Shown here: piece after piece, positions 21,384 to 32,737 of the stretch | Layout of the letters: every line of letters starts with the position of its first letter | Position numbering within the stretch: the stretch's first letter is position 1 | From: an uncultured Gemmatimonadaceae bacterium | GTDB taxonomy: Bacteria > Gemmatimonadota > Gemmatimonadetes > Gemmatimonadales > Gemmatimonadaceae | Length of the DNA: 64,000 bases | Direction: 5' to 3' | Assembly: GCA_963829055.1 (NCBI GenBank) | Contig: CAWHHI010000016.1 | Coordinates: forward strand, 1,024,001-1,088,000 | Translations under genes and position numbers: made by a program | The notes under the pieces: generated by a model | The model's input: the letters and a program-made list of their open reading frames with translations, nothing else | Databases searched by the model: none | Told to the model about the DNA's origin: nothing

Positions 21384-21648
21384 GATCGAGCCCTCAGTAG
21401 CTTTGAAAGATAGCCAACAAATATATTCGGTCTCAGCCGCAAAAGACAAGGCGACAATGACTTGCCGCCCGACCGCGGCGTCAGTCCAGTCGCCGATGTA
21501 ATGGCGAGGGGGGCTGGGCGCGTGAGGCCGCGTCGCATTTATTCGTGACGCGGCGCCGCTGTCGGCGTCCATCCAGCGAATGCCAACTCGGTACGCGACT
21601 GCCGTTCGGGCGGCGCCGACGGGTCCTCTTCTCGGAGCAATCTCACTG

Positions 21649-22323
21649 ATGGAGATATCCAACTTCCTGCGGACAGTTCCGCTCTTCACCAAGCTCGACG
21701 ACGCGGAGCTACAGCGCTTTGCGGAGCTGACTCGCGAGAAGAACTATCCGAAGGGCAGCGTCATTCTGTTCGAGGACGATCCGGGAGATTCCCTGTTCAT
21801 TGTCCGCGACGGACGGGTCAAGGTCGTACTCGTCGGGGAGGACGGACGCGAGGTGATCCTCGGCGTCCTCGGACCGGGCGAACACTTCGGCGAGCTCTCG
21901 TTGATCGACGAGCAGCCGCGCTCGGCACACGTGATCGCGATGGAAGACACCAACGTACTCGTCCTCCGCAGCGACGACTTCCGTCGCCGGGTCGAGGCGA
22001 ATCCGGCGGTGGCCTGGGTGCTCATGCAGGAACTGTCGCGGCGACTTCGTCGAGCGGACGGCAAGATCCACGGACTGGCGTTGCTCGACGTGCCGGGGCG
22101 GATCGCGCGCCTGCTGCTCGACTTCGCGTCCGACGACAACGGCGACAAGATCGAGAAGCCGCTGACGCACCAGACGATCGCGCACATGATCGGGGCGAGC
22201 CGTGAGACTGTGTCGCGCACGATGCGAGACTTCCAGAACCAGGGCTGGATCAATGTCGAGCGCCGTCGCATTGCGCTCGCCGATCGGACGGCGTTGAAGC
22301 GCTGCGCGCAGGCACGCGTGTAG
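21649..22323 (+). CDS. Crp/Fnr family transcriptional regulator
   Basis: [12 protein letters not shown] cNMP-binding motif; HTH '[10 protein letters not shown]'. Confidence 0.93.
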   Translation: MEISNFLRTVPLFTKLDDAELQRFAELTREKNYPKGSVILFEDDPGDSLFIVRDGRVKVVLVGEDGREVILGVLGPGEHFGELSLIDEQPRSAHVIAMEDTNVLVLRSDDFRRRVEANPAVAWVLMQELSRRLRRADGKIHGLALLDVPGRIARLLLDFASDDNGDKIEKPLTHQTIAHMIGASRETVSRTMRDFQNQGWINVERRRIALADRTALKRCAQARV

Positions 22324-22335
22324 CGACGGGGAAGA

Positions 22336-22428
22336 GGGACTGGGGAATGGGGACTCGGCGCTCCTTGTCGGCGAGAGCGCCTACCTCGGTGCCGTATTTC
22401 CCAGTCTCCTGTCCCTAGTCCCACTCCC
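22336..22428. repeat. Heptamer repeats (GGGGACT-like) with inverted arm
   Basis: GGGACTGGGGAATGGGGACTC at 22336-22356 and TTCCCAGTC...GTCCCTAGTCCC at 22398-22428. Confidence 0.7.
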
Positions 22429-22435
22429 GGTTCAG

Positions 22436-23320
22436 ATGTCCTTTCGCCTCCGCTTCTGGGGCACACGCGGATCCATTCCGAGCCCCGGCCCGGCGACGGT
22501 CCGTTACGGCGGAAACACGCCGTCGATCGAAGTCCGGACGCCGAGCGGATCGCTTGTGCTGCTCGATGCGGGCACCGGGATTCGGGAGCTTGGTCGCGCC
22601 CTGATCGCGCGCGCGAACGGCGCACCGATCACTGGCGACATTTACCTGACGCACGCCCACTGGGATCACATCCAGGGCTTCCCCTTCTTCGCGCCGGCCT
22701 TTCAGCGCGGGAACCGGTTCACGATCTGGGGAACGAAATCTCTCGCCGCGAGCATTCGCCGCGTCGTCCGCGATCAGATGTCGCCAGTCGTGTTCCCCGT
22801 CGCGTTCGAAGAGCTGGCGGCGACGTTCGATTTTCGCGAGCTGATCGATGAGCAGCACGTGTCGGACGGGTTCGATGTGCGTGCCTTCTCGGTCCGCCAT
22901 CCCGGCGGCGCGTTAGGCTACCGGTTCACATCGCGTAACGCCGACAACACCGACGACGGGTCTGCGTTCGTGTACATCTCCGACAACGAGCTGCGCGACA
23001 GAGACGCGTCACCGAGCGCGGACCGCTGGCGCTCGAAGCTGGTGGAGTTCATCCGCGGTGCGCGTGTGCTCATTCACGACGCGACATACACCGAGGACGA
23101 GTACGAGACACACCGTGGTTGGGGGCACTCGACGTACGGTGACGCCGTGGCGCTCGCGCTCGAGTGCGGCGTCGAAACGCTGGTCCTGTTCCACCACAGC
23201 CCTGACCGCAGCGACGACGAGCTGGATGCACGCCTTACAGAGTGCCGCGCCGCGTGCGCCCAGTCCGGCCGGACGCTGCGCATCATCGCGGCGGCCGAAG
23301 GGATGGAGCTGGACGTCTAA
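22436..23320 (+). CDS. MBL-fold metallo-hydrolase (phosphodiesterase-like)
   Basis: FWGTRGSIP, YGGNT, DAGTG, THAHWDHIQG, GWGHS, LFHH. Confidence 0.88.
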   Translation: MSFRLRFWGTRGSIPSPGPATVRYGGNTPSIEVRTPSGSLVLLDAGTGIRELGRALIARANGAPITGDIYLTHAHWDHIQGFPFFAPAFQRGNRFTIWGTKSLAASIRRVVRDQMSPVVFPVAFEELAATFDFRELIDEQHVSDGFDVRAFSVRHPGGALGYRFTSRNADNTDDGSAFVYISDNELRDRDASPSADRWRSKLVEFIRGARVLIHDATYTEDEYETHRGWGHSTYGDAVALALECGVETLVLFHHSPDRSDDELDARLTECRAACAQSGRTLRIIAAAEGMELDV

Positions 23321-23340
23321 CTCGCACGACCGTGTGGTCG

Positions 23341-24880
23341 TTAGGCTCCCCAGCCTCCGCCACCGGGTGTCATGATGGTGATCACGTCACCCGCCTGCAA
23401 CTGGAGCCGGCATTTGGCCGGAATCAGCGCGCCCGTTCAACTGATTGACCCCAGGCAACCCCGGCGACCCGCCCGCCGCGCCCTGCGGCGCGTGGCGCCT
23501 TCGCTCCGTCAATAACGTGACCGTGCAGGGCTCGAGGACGCGGTAGCGACGCACGATCCCATCGCCGCCGCGGTGCGCGCCGGCACCGCCGGAGTCGCGG
23601 CGGATCGCGTACTCGTCAACGCGAATGGGATACGCATGCTCGAGCGCTTCGATCGGCGTGTTGCGGGTGTTGCTCATGCCCACGTGGACGGCGCTCGGAC
23701 CCGGGCCGCGTGGGCCGCCGCCCTGACCGCCGCCCAGCGTTTCGTAGAACGTCCAGCCGGAACCGCCGAACGTGATGTTGTTCATCGTTCCCTGCCCTTG
23801 CGCGGGCACGGGAACCGCCGCTGCGCCTAACGCAGCGAAGATGGTGTCGGTGATGCGCTGCGACATCTCGACGTTCCCCGCGGCAACGGCGGACGGCCAG
23901 CGGGCGTCGATGGCGCAACCCGGCGGGATGACGAGATCCAGCGCGTCGGCGATGCCGTCGTTCGTGGGGACATCGTCATCGAGCAGCGTGCGCAGCACGA
24001 ACACACTCGCCGCACGCGTCACCGAGCGCGGACAGTTCACGTTGCCGCGGACTGCAGGCGAGGTTCCTGTGAAGTCGAGACGGAGCTTGCCATCGCGCAC
24101 CGAGACGGCGACCGAGACGCCAATGTCGTCGTCGGTCACACCGTCGCCTTCCAGCGCGTCGCGGGCGACGCCGTGAATGTCGCCCAACTCCGCCACGCGC
24201 GCCAACGCACGACGACGCGTGTACTCGAGCAGCGCGTCGCACGCGGCGCCCAGGTGGTCGGCGCCCTCGCGCGTCCGAAGTGCGATCCAGCCGTCTCGGC
24301 CCGCCGCACACGCCGCGCGTTGCGCCGCGAGATCACCGCGCCGCTCGTCGGGCGTACGAACGTTCGCCAGCACCAGGCGCATCACGTCGTCGACGGCAAC
24401 GCCACGTCGCTCGATGCGAACCGGCGGCACGATGATGCCTTCCTGAAACAGCTCGGTCGCGCCCTGCGGCATGCTGCCGGGACTCAAACCACCGACGTCC
24501 GCGTGGTGCGCCCGCACGGCGGCGAAGGCAACGACCTCGCCATCGACGCCGATGGCCTCGACCATCGTGAGGTCAGGCAGGTGCGAGCCGCCAGCGTATG
24601 GATCGTTGAGCAGGAACACGTCGCCCGACTCAGGCGAGCGAGCCATCACGGCGCGCACGGACTCAGGCATGGCGCCGAGGTGCACCGGAATGTGCGCGGC
24701 CTGGGCGATCATTCGTCCGCGCGCGTCGAACAGTGCTGACGATGCGTCGCGACGCTCGCGAATGTTCGGCGAGAGCGCACCTCGCTCGAGCACCGCGCCC
24801 ATCTCCTCGGCGATCATGGACACCGCATGGGAGACGACCATGAGCGCGAGCGGATCGAACCCTGCGCGTTCGTTGCTCAT
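23341..24880 (-). CDS. Hydantoinase B/5-oxoprolinase subunit (apparent frameshift near 23433)
   Basis: SPNIRERRDAS, HIPVHLG, NDPYAGGSHLPD, HHADVGG; C-terminal 'TPGGGGWG*' is in the shifted frame ending 23341. Confidence 0.9.
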
Positions 24881-26848
24881 GGCGCGCGCTCCATCACCCA
24901 ACCGCCGGTCGGCAACGACCGCGCCTGCCATCCACTGGCGACGAGAAGCGTGGCATCTGGCAAACCAATGGTAGAGCGCCCACGCACGACGACGTCGATC
25001 ACGCCACCGTCATCGCGCGAATCAGGGCCCCACACCGCCGTGCCTCGCCGGCCGAGCCTAACGTCATGCATGCCGGTGGACGCGGTGCATCGCGCACTCA
25101 CAACCTCGACGGGCCGGTCGAGCGTGAAACCGTAGCGTTCCCGATGCCGCTCGGCGAACGTCTCACCTACGGACGCTGGACGCGCGTCAGGCGCGAACGG
25201 GACGTCCAGCTCGTGGCCCTGTCCGACGTAGCGAGCGCGCACGACCCAGTTGAGCACGACGCCGTTGTCGCTCGGTCCGTGCTGTACACCCGAGGCCCGC
25301 GCCGCGAGCGTTGTCGCGAGCGCGCGGACATCCGCATCGCTCATATCGGCGATGCGACGCATGACGCTCGTCGCCGACGTCCGCCGGCTCGGCGCGATCG
25401 CGAGCCCGAGCGCGCTCAACACGCCCGCGTGAGGCGGGACGATCACACGCCGGATGTCGAGACGATCCGCGAGGCCGCAGGCGTGGAGCGGGCCGCCACC
25501 ACCGAACGCGATGAGCGCGCAGTGCCGTGGGTCGATGCCGCGCTCGACGCTCACGCGCCGCAGCGCGCGCGCCATGGACGCGTCGGCAATCGCGATGATG
25601 GCATCGGCGGTCGCCGCGCGGGTCGCGCCAATGCGCCCGGCGAGCGCATCGATGGCCGCGATGGCGCCGGTGACGTCGAGCTCCACGCCGTCGCTCATGA
25701 CCGTCGCCGCAATGTTACCGAGCGCGATGTGCGCGTCGGTGACGGTGGGTTGCGTTCCTCCGCGTCGAAACGCGACCGGCCCTGGACGGGCGCCGGCGCT
25801 TCTCGGACCTACGCGGAGCGCACCGCCATCGTCGACCCACGCGAGGCTACCGCCACCCGCGGACACCGTCTCGACCAGCACGCGTGGGAGCGCGATGGGA
25901 ACGCCGGCGACCGATCCACCGACCTCGAGCAACGGCTCGCCGTGCAGGACGAGTCCGACGTCGGCGCTCGTGCCGCCGATATCGATCGTGAGCGCCTGGT
26001 CGATGCCTAACGTCCGCGCGATGTACGCGGCACCGGTCACGCCGCCGGCCGGCCCTGAGAGCGCGAGCGACGCGCCACTCGACGCGGCCTCCGCGGCTGG
26101 TGCGGTACCGCCGCTGGACGACATCACGCTCGGCGCCGGAAACCCCGCGGCCTCGAGCCGAGTCGCGAGGTGGGCGACGTAGCGACCGACGCCCGGGCGC
26201 ACGTAGGCCTCGCAGACGGTGGTGGCGGTGCGCTCATATTCACGGATCTCGGGCAGGACGTCGGACGAGCAGACGACGTCGCACGTGAGCGATCGCGCCG
26301 CGAGCACGTCCGCGAGCGCGGACGCGACCATACGTTCGTGCAGTGGATTCGCGTACGCGTGCAGCAGCGAGACGGCCACGACATCGGGCGAAAGCTCGGC
26401 GACACGCGTCCGCGACGTCCCTGGCCACCGCTTCCGTGAGCGGGAGCAGCACGCCCTCGGGTGCAATGCGTTCGGCGACGCCGACGACGCGATCGGGCGG
26501 CACGAGCGACGGCGGGTGGTGGACGGAAAGGTCGTACAGACCCGCACGCTCCTGTCGGCGGAGCTCGAGCAGGTCGGTGGCGCCGGCCGTCGCGCACAAC
26601 ACCACACGCGCGCCGGTGCGTTCCAGCAGCATGTTCGTGACGACCGTCGTGCCGTGTACGATCCGCGATACTCGCGGTGCGTCGCCGGGAAGAGCGCGCA
26701 GCGCCGTATCTACCGCTTCGCTCTGATCGCCCGGCGTGCTCGAGACTTTGTACGCGATGACCGAACCGTCGTCAGCGATCGCGACGAGGTCGGTGAATGT
26801 GCCACCGACGTCGACACCCAGGGATAGTCCGCCGGACTGTTCGGTCAC
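24877..26848 (-). CDS. Hydantoinase A/5-oxoprolinase subunit (apparent frameshift near 26420)
   Basis: GVDVGGTFTD, HGTT, DIGGTSADV, SAGGGS, FGGGGPLH. Confidence 0.9.
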
Positions 26849-28192
26849 GCGGCTGATCGCGATACGACCCGTCGCGATGCGGTGCTGCGTCGCGGCGCGC
26901 CCGCGCGCTGCGCCGTCAGCTCGGCGACGGCCCATGCGAGCACCAGATTCGCCGGCAACGCCAGTGCGATCACGGCGCCGTTCTCCTGATTGAACCACGG
27001 CAGCAGCTGCATCGCCAGACCAAGCAGCGACACGACGGCGATCACTCGGGTCAGCGTTAGGGCCGCGCCAACAGCGCGGCCGCGAGCGATCGCGAGCGGC
27101 AGCACCACCGCCAGGATCAACGACAGCGGATCGAACTGCAGGATGTTCTCGTTGTGGCCGATGAAGATGTGACGGGTCGCGGTCCACGCGATGACGAGTG
27201 CCACACCAAGAATGCCACTGATCGCAGCCCATATCGTGGCGATGGTCGTGAACGCGATTCTCGCCACGCGCCTGCCGGCGAGCGCGGCGCGCGCGAGCAA
27301 CGCGAGCAGCGCGGCAATCACGGCACCTATGACGAGATTGCGGACCATCTGGTCCGGCGGGCTCGCTGGCAGTGCGGGCCGCTGCGCGGCAAACAACTGC
27401 TGCTCGTTCCTGACGAGCGGATGCGTGGTGCCGTCCGCGGATTTCACCTGCAGCGAGCGAACCTGCTCCTGGAGCTGCTCGGGCAGAAACGCTGTTTCCC
27501 ACGCACTGATCGGTCGATCCGCGAGCTCGCCCAGCGCGACGTTCGTCGCGAGCCCAACGACGCCTTCCGGCGCCAGCGCTCGCTGGGTGTGGAAGCGGTA
27601 CGTCGTATTCGTTAGGCGGGCCGTCAACGCGGTCTTGAGCTGCCCCCCCACGGCGCGGTCGATGATGTCACGCACGCGCGTCGAGCAGTTGTCGAGGTAG
27701 TAGTCGTACCGGTAGTAGCGGTGCTCGGGTTGCGCGTTCCAGGCGATGAAGTCGCGCACGGCGGCACGCTCGGCCGGCGTGAAGTCGAGCTCCTGCACCC
27801 ACATCGAGCGGTTGTAATAGCGATAGGCGGCGACCGTCTCCGCCATCCCGTCACTCTGCAACCAGTACTCGGTGTTCCCCGTCATGAACCGGCCAATGAA
27901 GTTCGGCTGCGCGAAGTCGAACGTCCCCCAGTTGTACACGCTGTCGGTGCCGCGTGAGGCATCGACGATGCGAATCGCGTTATGCCCGAACCGTTCCCAC
28001 ACTGGATCGCCGGGACCCATGGTCATGAGATAGATGGTCAGTTCGGAACCTGGGGGCTGGGGACTGGGGACTGGGGGCTGGGGAGCTGGCCGCCCCCCGC
28101 CGTTCGGTTCCCGGTTCCCGGTTCCCTGTTCCCTGCGCTTGCGCCCCCAGCGCGCTCGCGAGAAACGAAGCGAGTAGTACAACAGACTTCAA
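26845..28192 (-). CDS. DUF4105 / Lnb-like membrane protein (frameshift inside N-terminal heptamer repeat)
   Basis: Signal peptide in ORF 27980-28192; 'FGHNAI', 'YNWGTFDF', 'YDYYLDNCSTR' and C-terminal TMs in ORF 26845-28182. Confidence 0.8.
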
Positions 28193-29190
28193 AATCTCAC
28201 CTCTTTCCCCTCGTCGGCCGATCGATACGCGGCTTCGATGACCTTGTGGAGCACAAGCTGATCGGACGGCGCTTCATACGGCGTTTCGTCGCGGACCACC
28301 GACAGAAAGTGCGCGAGCTCTGCACGGTACGACTGATTGAACGAGCTCTCGCGCGCGGCGGCGCCGCCGGGGGACACGTCAGTCGGCTTCCCGTTGAGCT
28401 CCTTCACCACGCGTAACGGCGCGAGGCGCGCGCTGCCGCGCGACGAGAGCGTCTCGAACCACCATCGCTCTTCATAGCCGACGTACGCCCACGAGATGTC
28501 GAACGTGAACGCCACGCCCGTTTCGCACTCGAGCGTTACCAGCGCTGATTCTTCGACGGCGTTTCCGCGCGGCCGGTCCATGTGCGCCCAGACGCGGACC
28601 GGCGCCGGATAGTCCGCAAGCCACATCGCCAGATCGACCATCGGTAGGCCCTGATCGAAGAACGCGCCACCACCGGCCTCGGCGCGTCGCGCTCGCCATC
28701 CTTCGTGGCGAATGCGCGGCTGATACACGCCAGCGCGGATGCCCGTCAGCTTCCCGAGCTCACCGCCACGGAGAAAGCGGTCGAGCGCCTGCACGTCCGA
28801 TCGGAACCGGTGGTTGTTCGCGACGAAGACTTTGCGGTCCACGCGATTCGCTGCCGCGAGAATGCGCTCGACGCCTCGTGCCGTGAGCGACAGCGGCCGC
28901 TCGCACAACACGTGAACCTTCGCGGCGAGCGCGGCGAGCACGTGTGGCTCGTGCAGGTGGTTCGGCGTCGCGACGACCACCGCATCGAGCTCATCGAACT
29001 CGAGCAGGTCCTCAATGTCGGTGAAGACATCGGGAACGTCGAAGCGATCGGCGAGTGCCCGTGCCTTCGGGCGGTCGTTATCGCATAACGCGACGAGCTG
29101 CGCGCCGCGCATCTTCGACAAGAGCGGCAGGTGTGCGAGCTGCGCGATCGCTCCCGCACCAACAACACCAACTCGAATATTCGGGTTCAT
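28189..29190 (-). CDS. Gfo/Idh/MocA family oxidoreductase
   Basis: VGVVGAGAIA, ATPNHLH, HVLCERP, GGGAFFD. Confidence 0.9.
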   Translation of the reverse strand: MNPNIRVGVVGAGAIAQLAHLPLLSKMRGAQLVALCDNDRPKARALADRFDVPDVFTDIEDLLEFDELDAVVVATPNHLHEPHVLAALAAKVHVLCERPLSLTARGVERILAAANRVDRKVFVANNHRFRSDVQALDRFLRGGELGKLTGIRAGVYQPRIRHEGWRARRAEAGGGAFFDQGLPMVDLAMWLADYPAPVRVWAHMDRPRGNAVEESALVTLECETGVAFTFDISWAYVGYEERWWFETLSSRGSARLAPLRVVKELNGKPTDVSPGGAAARESSFNQSYRAELAHFLSVVRDETPYEAPSDQLVLHKVIEAAYRSADEGKEVRF

Positions 29191-29876
29191 CGATTGCGCC
29201 GCGGGTTGTCGAAGTAGTAGTTCGCGCCGAATCGCAGCGAGCCGAAACGCGCAAGACTCAGGAAATCGTAGCGCGCTTGTGCGTCGATCGCGATGTGCGG
29301 CATGAGTCGAATGTTAGTGCCCGCGATTCCGGCGACGCCAATGGCGATGATGTCCGTCGCGCGTTCCACGAACGTGCCGTCGATGAGTCGCCCGTCGGCG
29401 TTCACGATATGCGCGCCGATGCCGCCGCCAAGGTACGGCCGGATCCACGCGCTCGCGAAGAACATGCGCCTCGCGTCGGCGCCGAGTACGATGTCCGACA
29501 CGGTGATGTCGCCAAGCACCACCTCGGCATCCCCGGTCGGATCGGAAATCGCGCTCTGCAGCGAATCAGCGTACGCGCGTACGCTGGCGTCGGTAAAGCG
29601 CGATCCCCAGTACGTGGCGTTGAAGACGATATGCCAGCCGGGCGTGATCTCGCCGTAGTCGGCCTGCACCGAGTACGACGTCGTCGGCTCGATGCCATGC
29701 GGAGTGACGATGCCGACCTGCGCCCCCAGCGCACTGAAGCGGAGCTTGTCGATGCCCATCCGCTCGAGCCACGATCCCTCTGCCTGCGCGGAGAGCGGCC
29801 GTGCGGATACGCTCAGACCCACGAGCGCGAACGTCGCGACGATCGAGCGGTAGCGGTCAGTACGCGCGCGCGACAC
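29187..29876 (-). CDS. Putative small outer-membrane beta-barrel protein
   Basis: Signal peptide, 'RPYLGGGIG', amphipathic strands, C-terminal 'FGANYYF'; start inferred. Confidence 0.6.
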   Translation of the reverse strand: MSRARTDRYRSIVATFALVGLSVSARPLSAQAEGSWLERMGIDKLRFSALGAQVGIVTPHGIEPTTSYSVQADYGEITPGWHIVFNATYWGSRFTDASVRAYADSLQSAISDPTGDAEVVLGDITVSDIVLGADARRMFFASAWIRPYLGGGIGAHIVNADGRLIDGTFVERATDIIAIGVAGIAGTNIRLMPHIAIDAQARYDFLSLARFGSLRFGANYYFDNPRRNR

Positions 29877-31140
29877 TGGTTCCGGGGAAATACGTGCTGA
29901 GAATGCTGCGGAAGTCCTGCCCGGCGCGCGCACGCCCGATGGCGCCCCACTGGCACATGCCGACGCCATGGCCGTAGCCGAGTCCTCGAATCGTGAGGCG
30001 TGCGAGACGTCCGTCCGGCGACGCGAGGACCTCGGGCGAAAAATACGTACTGTTGAGAAGCTCGCCACCCGGAGAGCGCAGCACATAACGAATGTCGTTC
30101 GCCTGGACACGGAAACGCCCCCGCGTCGTCTCGATAGCGATCGCGGCCACCCTGCCTGACGCAGTTCGACCTTCGACCGAGATGTCACGGACGTCGCCGA
30201 CCGGCCCCGCAGGTACCTGTGCGTACGCGCGCAAGTATCGACCGACGATGGCGGTCAACGAATCGCCGCGCCAACTTCGCTCCCACCGAAAACGCGGACC
30301 GATGTCGCAGTAGTAACGATCGCTTCCGGGAATGCGGTCGCTCACGCGCTGGAGAAACGGCTCGTTCCGCGAGCGCCAGATCTCCGCCGGCTCCGCGGTG
30401 CTGCCCCCGCAGGTGGAGTGATACGGCGCGCTCACCACTCGGCCGCCGTAGGAGAGCACGAGGCCCTCGGTTGCGAGGACCGCGGCGTCAGCGGCCGTAT
30501 TCTCGGCGTCCACGCCTCCGTAGACCTGATCGCTGGTGGTGGCGGTGACGTCGTAGGCGCGGGTACGATTGCCGAGTCGCGTGACGACGTAGCTGCGCGC
30601 GGCGACGGCCTGTGCTTCGAGCGCGGCATGATCAGCCGCTCCGCGCACTCCGAGCTCGCGCGGGACGACGCCTCGCAGGTATGCCTCGATCTGCACCTGA
30701 TTGACGACCTGCACACCCGAGTCGACTGGAGCGAACGAAAGCTCGCCGCGGTAGCGCTTCCCGTTGATCGACACGACGCCGCCGTTTACACGGGTCGCGA
30801 GCCGGAGCGGCGGCGCGGCCGCACTCGCTCTTTCGCCACTCAGGTCGATGCTCATCGACGCGTCGGCCGACGCGAGCGATGCGCGATCGCCCGAATCACC
30901 GCGGGCCACCACACGCCCGTCGCGATCGATGAGTTGCCACGCGGCTATCGCGGAGATCGCCGCGACGCGGCTGACCCCGAGCGAGACGCGAACCAACCGC
31001 GCGTCCACATTGCCTGGCGGCGGAGTCGGTGAGGCTGGCGTCGGTGGGACGTGCCGCGCGCACGCCGCCGTCGCAACAATGATCCCGACAACGAACCGAG
31101 TGGCGCGCGCGAGACTCGGAGCGCCGTGCAGCCGCCGCAT
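29857..31140 (-). CDS. SpoIID/LytB family lytic transglycosylase (lipoprotein)
   Basis: YLRGVVPRE, ALEAQAVAARSY, DQVYGG, YHSTCGG, GYGHGVGMCQWGA. Confidence 0.92.
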   Translation of the reverse strand: MRRLHGAPSLARATRFVVGIIVATAACARHVPPTPASPTPPPGNVDARLVRVSLGVSRVAAISAIAAWQLIDRDGRVVARGDSGDRASLASADASMSIDLSGERASAAAPPLRLATRVNGGVVSINGKRYRGELSFAPVDSGVQVVNQVQIEAYLRGVVPRELGVRGAADHAALEAQAVAARSYVVTRLGNRTRAYDVTATTSDQVYGGVDAENTAADAAVLATEGLVLSYGGRVVSAPYHSTCGGSTAEPAEIWRSRNEPFLQRVSDRIPGSDRYYCDIGPRFRWERSWRGDSLTAIVGRYLRAYAQVPAGPVGDVRDISVEGRTASGRVAAIAIETTRGRFRVQANDIRYVLRSPGGELLNSTYFSPEVLASPDGRLARLTIRGLGYGHGVGMCQWGAIGRARAGQDFRSILSTYFPGTSVARAY

Positions 31141-31143
31141 GGG

Positions 31144-32542
31144 TTAGCGGCCGAAGCTCCCGACCGTCGACGTCACCGGCAGCACGCGTCCGCCTCGAAC
31201 GGCGCGAGCCGCGGGGCGTTGCCTGTCGACGATGCGGATGGCCGTCGCGGCGAGATCGTAGTCGTCCTCGACGGCGTCGATGTGGACGTCGACGAAATCA
31301 CCGGGCTGGGCATCGGTGGTCACGCGCGTGACACCGTCCACGTCATCCGCCTGCCACGGCGCACGCGCCTGGGCGCGTCCGGTGGAGTCGGCGACGGCGT
31401 CGACGAGCACTCGCGCACGGCGGCCCACATGGCCTTCGTAGCGCTCGGCCGTGATCACGCGCTGCAGCTCGGTCAAGCCGCTCGAGACGCTCTCGCTTCA
31501 CGTCGTCCGGCACGTCGTCAGGCATCTCCGCACGCGCGCGTGCCCTCCTGCGGCGGAATACGTGAACGCGCCGACGCGATCGAAGCTGGATCTCCTCGAG
31601 GAACTCGAGGAGCTGCTCGAAGTCGTCCTCGGTCTCGCCTGGGAATCCGACGATGCACGTCGTGCGGATCGCGACGTCGGGCACGACATCGCGGATGCGC
31701 TGGATGCGGTCACGGTTCGTCGCCTGCCGCTCGGGACGACGCATGCGCTCGAGCACCGCGTCCGACGCGTGCTGCATCGGCATGTCGAGATAGGGCAGGA
31801 TGCGCGGCTCGCGCGCCATGAGCTCGAGCAACTTCGGCGTGAGGCCCGCGGAGTAGAGATACAGCATGCGGATCCACGGGATCGACGTCTCCGCGACGAG
31901 CGACTCGAGCAGCTCGGGCAGCCCGAACGCCATCACGACGGTCGCGCCCGTAGTGCGCGAGATCCTGCGCAACGAGGTTCACCTCGCGCGCGCCCTGCAG
32001 CTCGAGCAGCTGCGCTTCGCGCACGACGTCCGTCGAGCGCGAACGAGCGATGCTTGCCGCGCATGAGCGGAATCGCGCAGAACGCGCAGCCGTGATCGCA
32101 CCCTTCGCTGATCTTGAGATAGCGGACGTGCGGCAGGTCGCCGGAGAAGAGCGCGCACGCCCGGATGGTCCACGAGCGGATCGCCGAGCAGCCCGCGCTC
32201 GCTCGAGCTCCGGAATGCAGCCGATCCATCTCGGCGGCACCGAGGAAGAGATCGACCTCGGGGAGCGCTTCGGCCAGCTCGTCCTTGTGACGCTGAACCA
32301 TGCACCCGACGGCGACGACGGCCTGACACACGCCCTCCTCCTTGTAGCGGCCGGCCTCTACGATCGCGTCGATGCGATTCCTTCTTCGCCGCGTCGATGA
32401 AGCCGCAGGTGTTGACGATGATCACCTCGGCCTCGTCGAGATCGACGGTGTACTCGGCGCCGCGGGCGACGAGCTCAGCGAGGTAGCGCTCGCTGTCGAC
32501 GGTGTTCTTGTCGCAGCCGAGCGTCAGAAGACCGACTTTCAC
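31144..32542 (-). CDS. rimO: Ribosomal protein S12 methylthiotransferase RimO (several apparent frameshifts; start may be ATG 32565)
   Basis: [60 protein letters not shown]-like end, scattered over frames. Confidence 0.9.
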
Positions 32543-32584
32543 AGTACGGTGAGGTGCACAGTCATCCGACAAAACTAGCTGGTA

Positions 32585-32625
32585 GCTGGGTGGTCGTGCT
32601 GGCTGCTGGGTGACGCTGGGCGCTG
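32585..32625 (+). repeat. Dispersed ~41-bp intergenic repeat, copy B
   Basis: GCTGGGTGGTCGTGCTGGCTGCTGGGTGACGCTGGGCGCTG. Confidence 0.75.
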
Positions 32626-32737
32626 GGGCGGGCCTGGCTCTCTATTACGAAACGGTTAAATGCGGACCCGTGCGGTGGCAGGGCTCGGGACGTGCGGTCA
32701 CATTCGACGTTAGGGACAATCCGATGAGGGACGCCTC

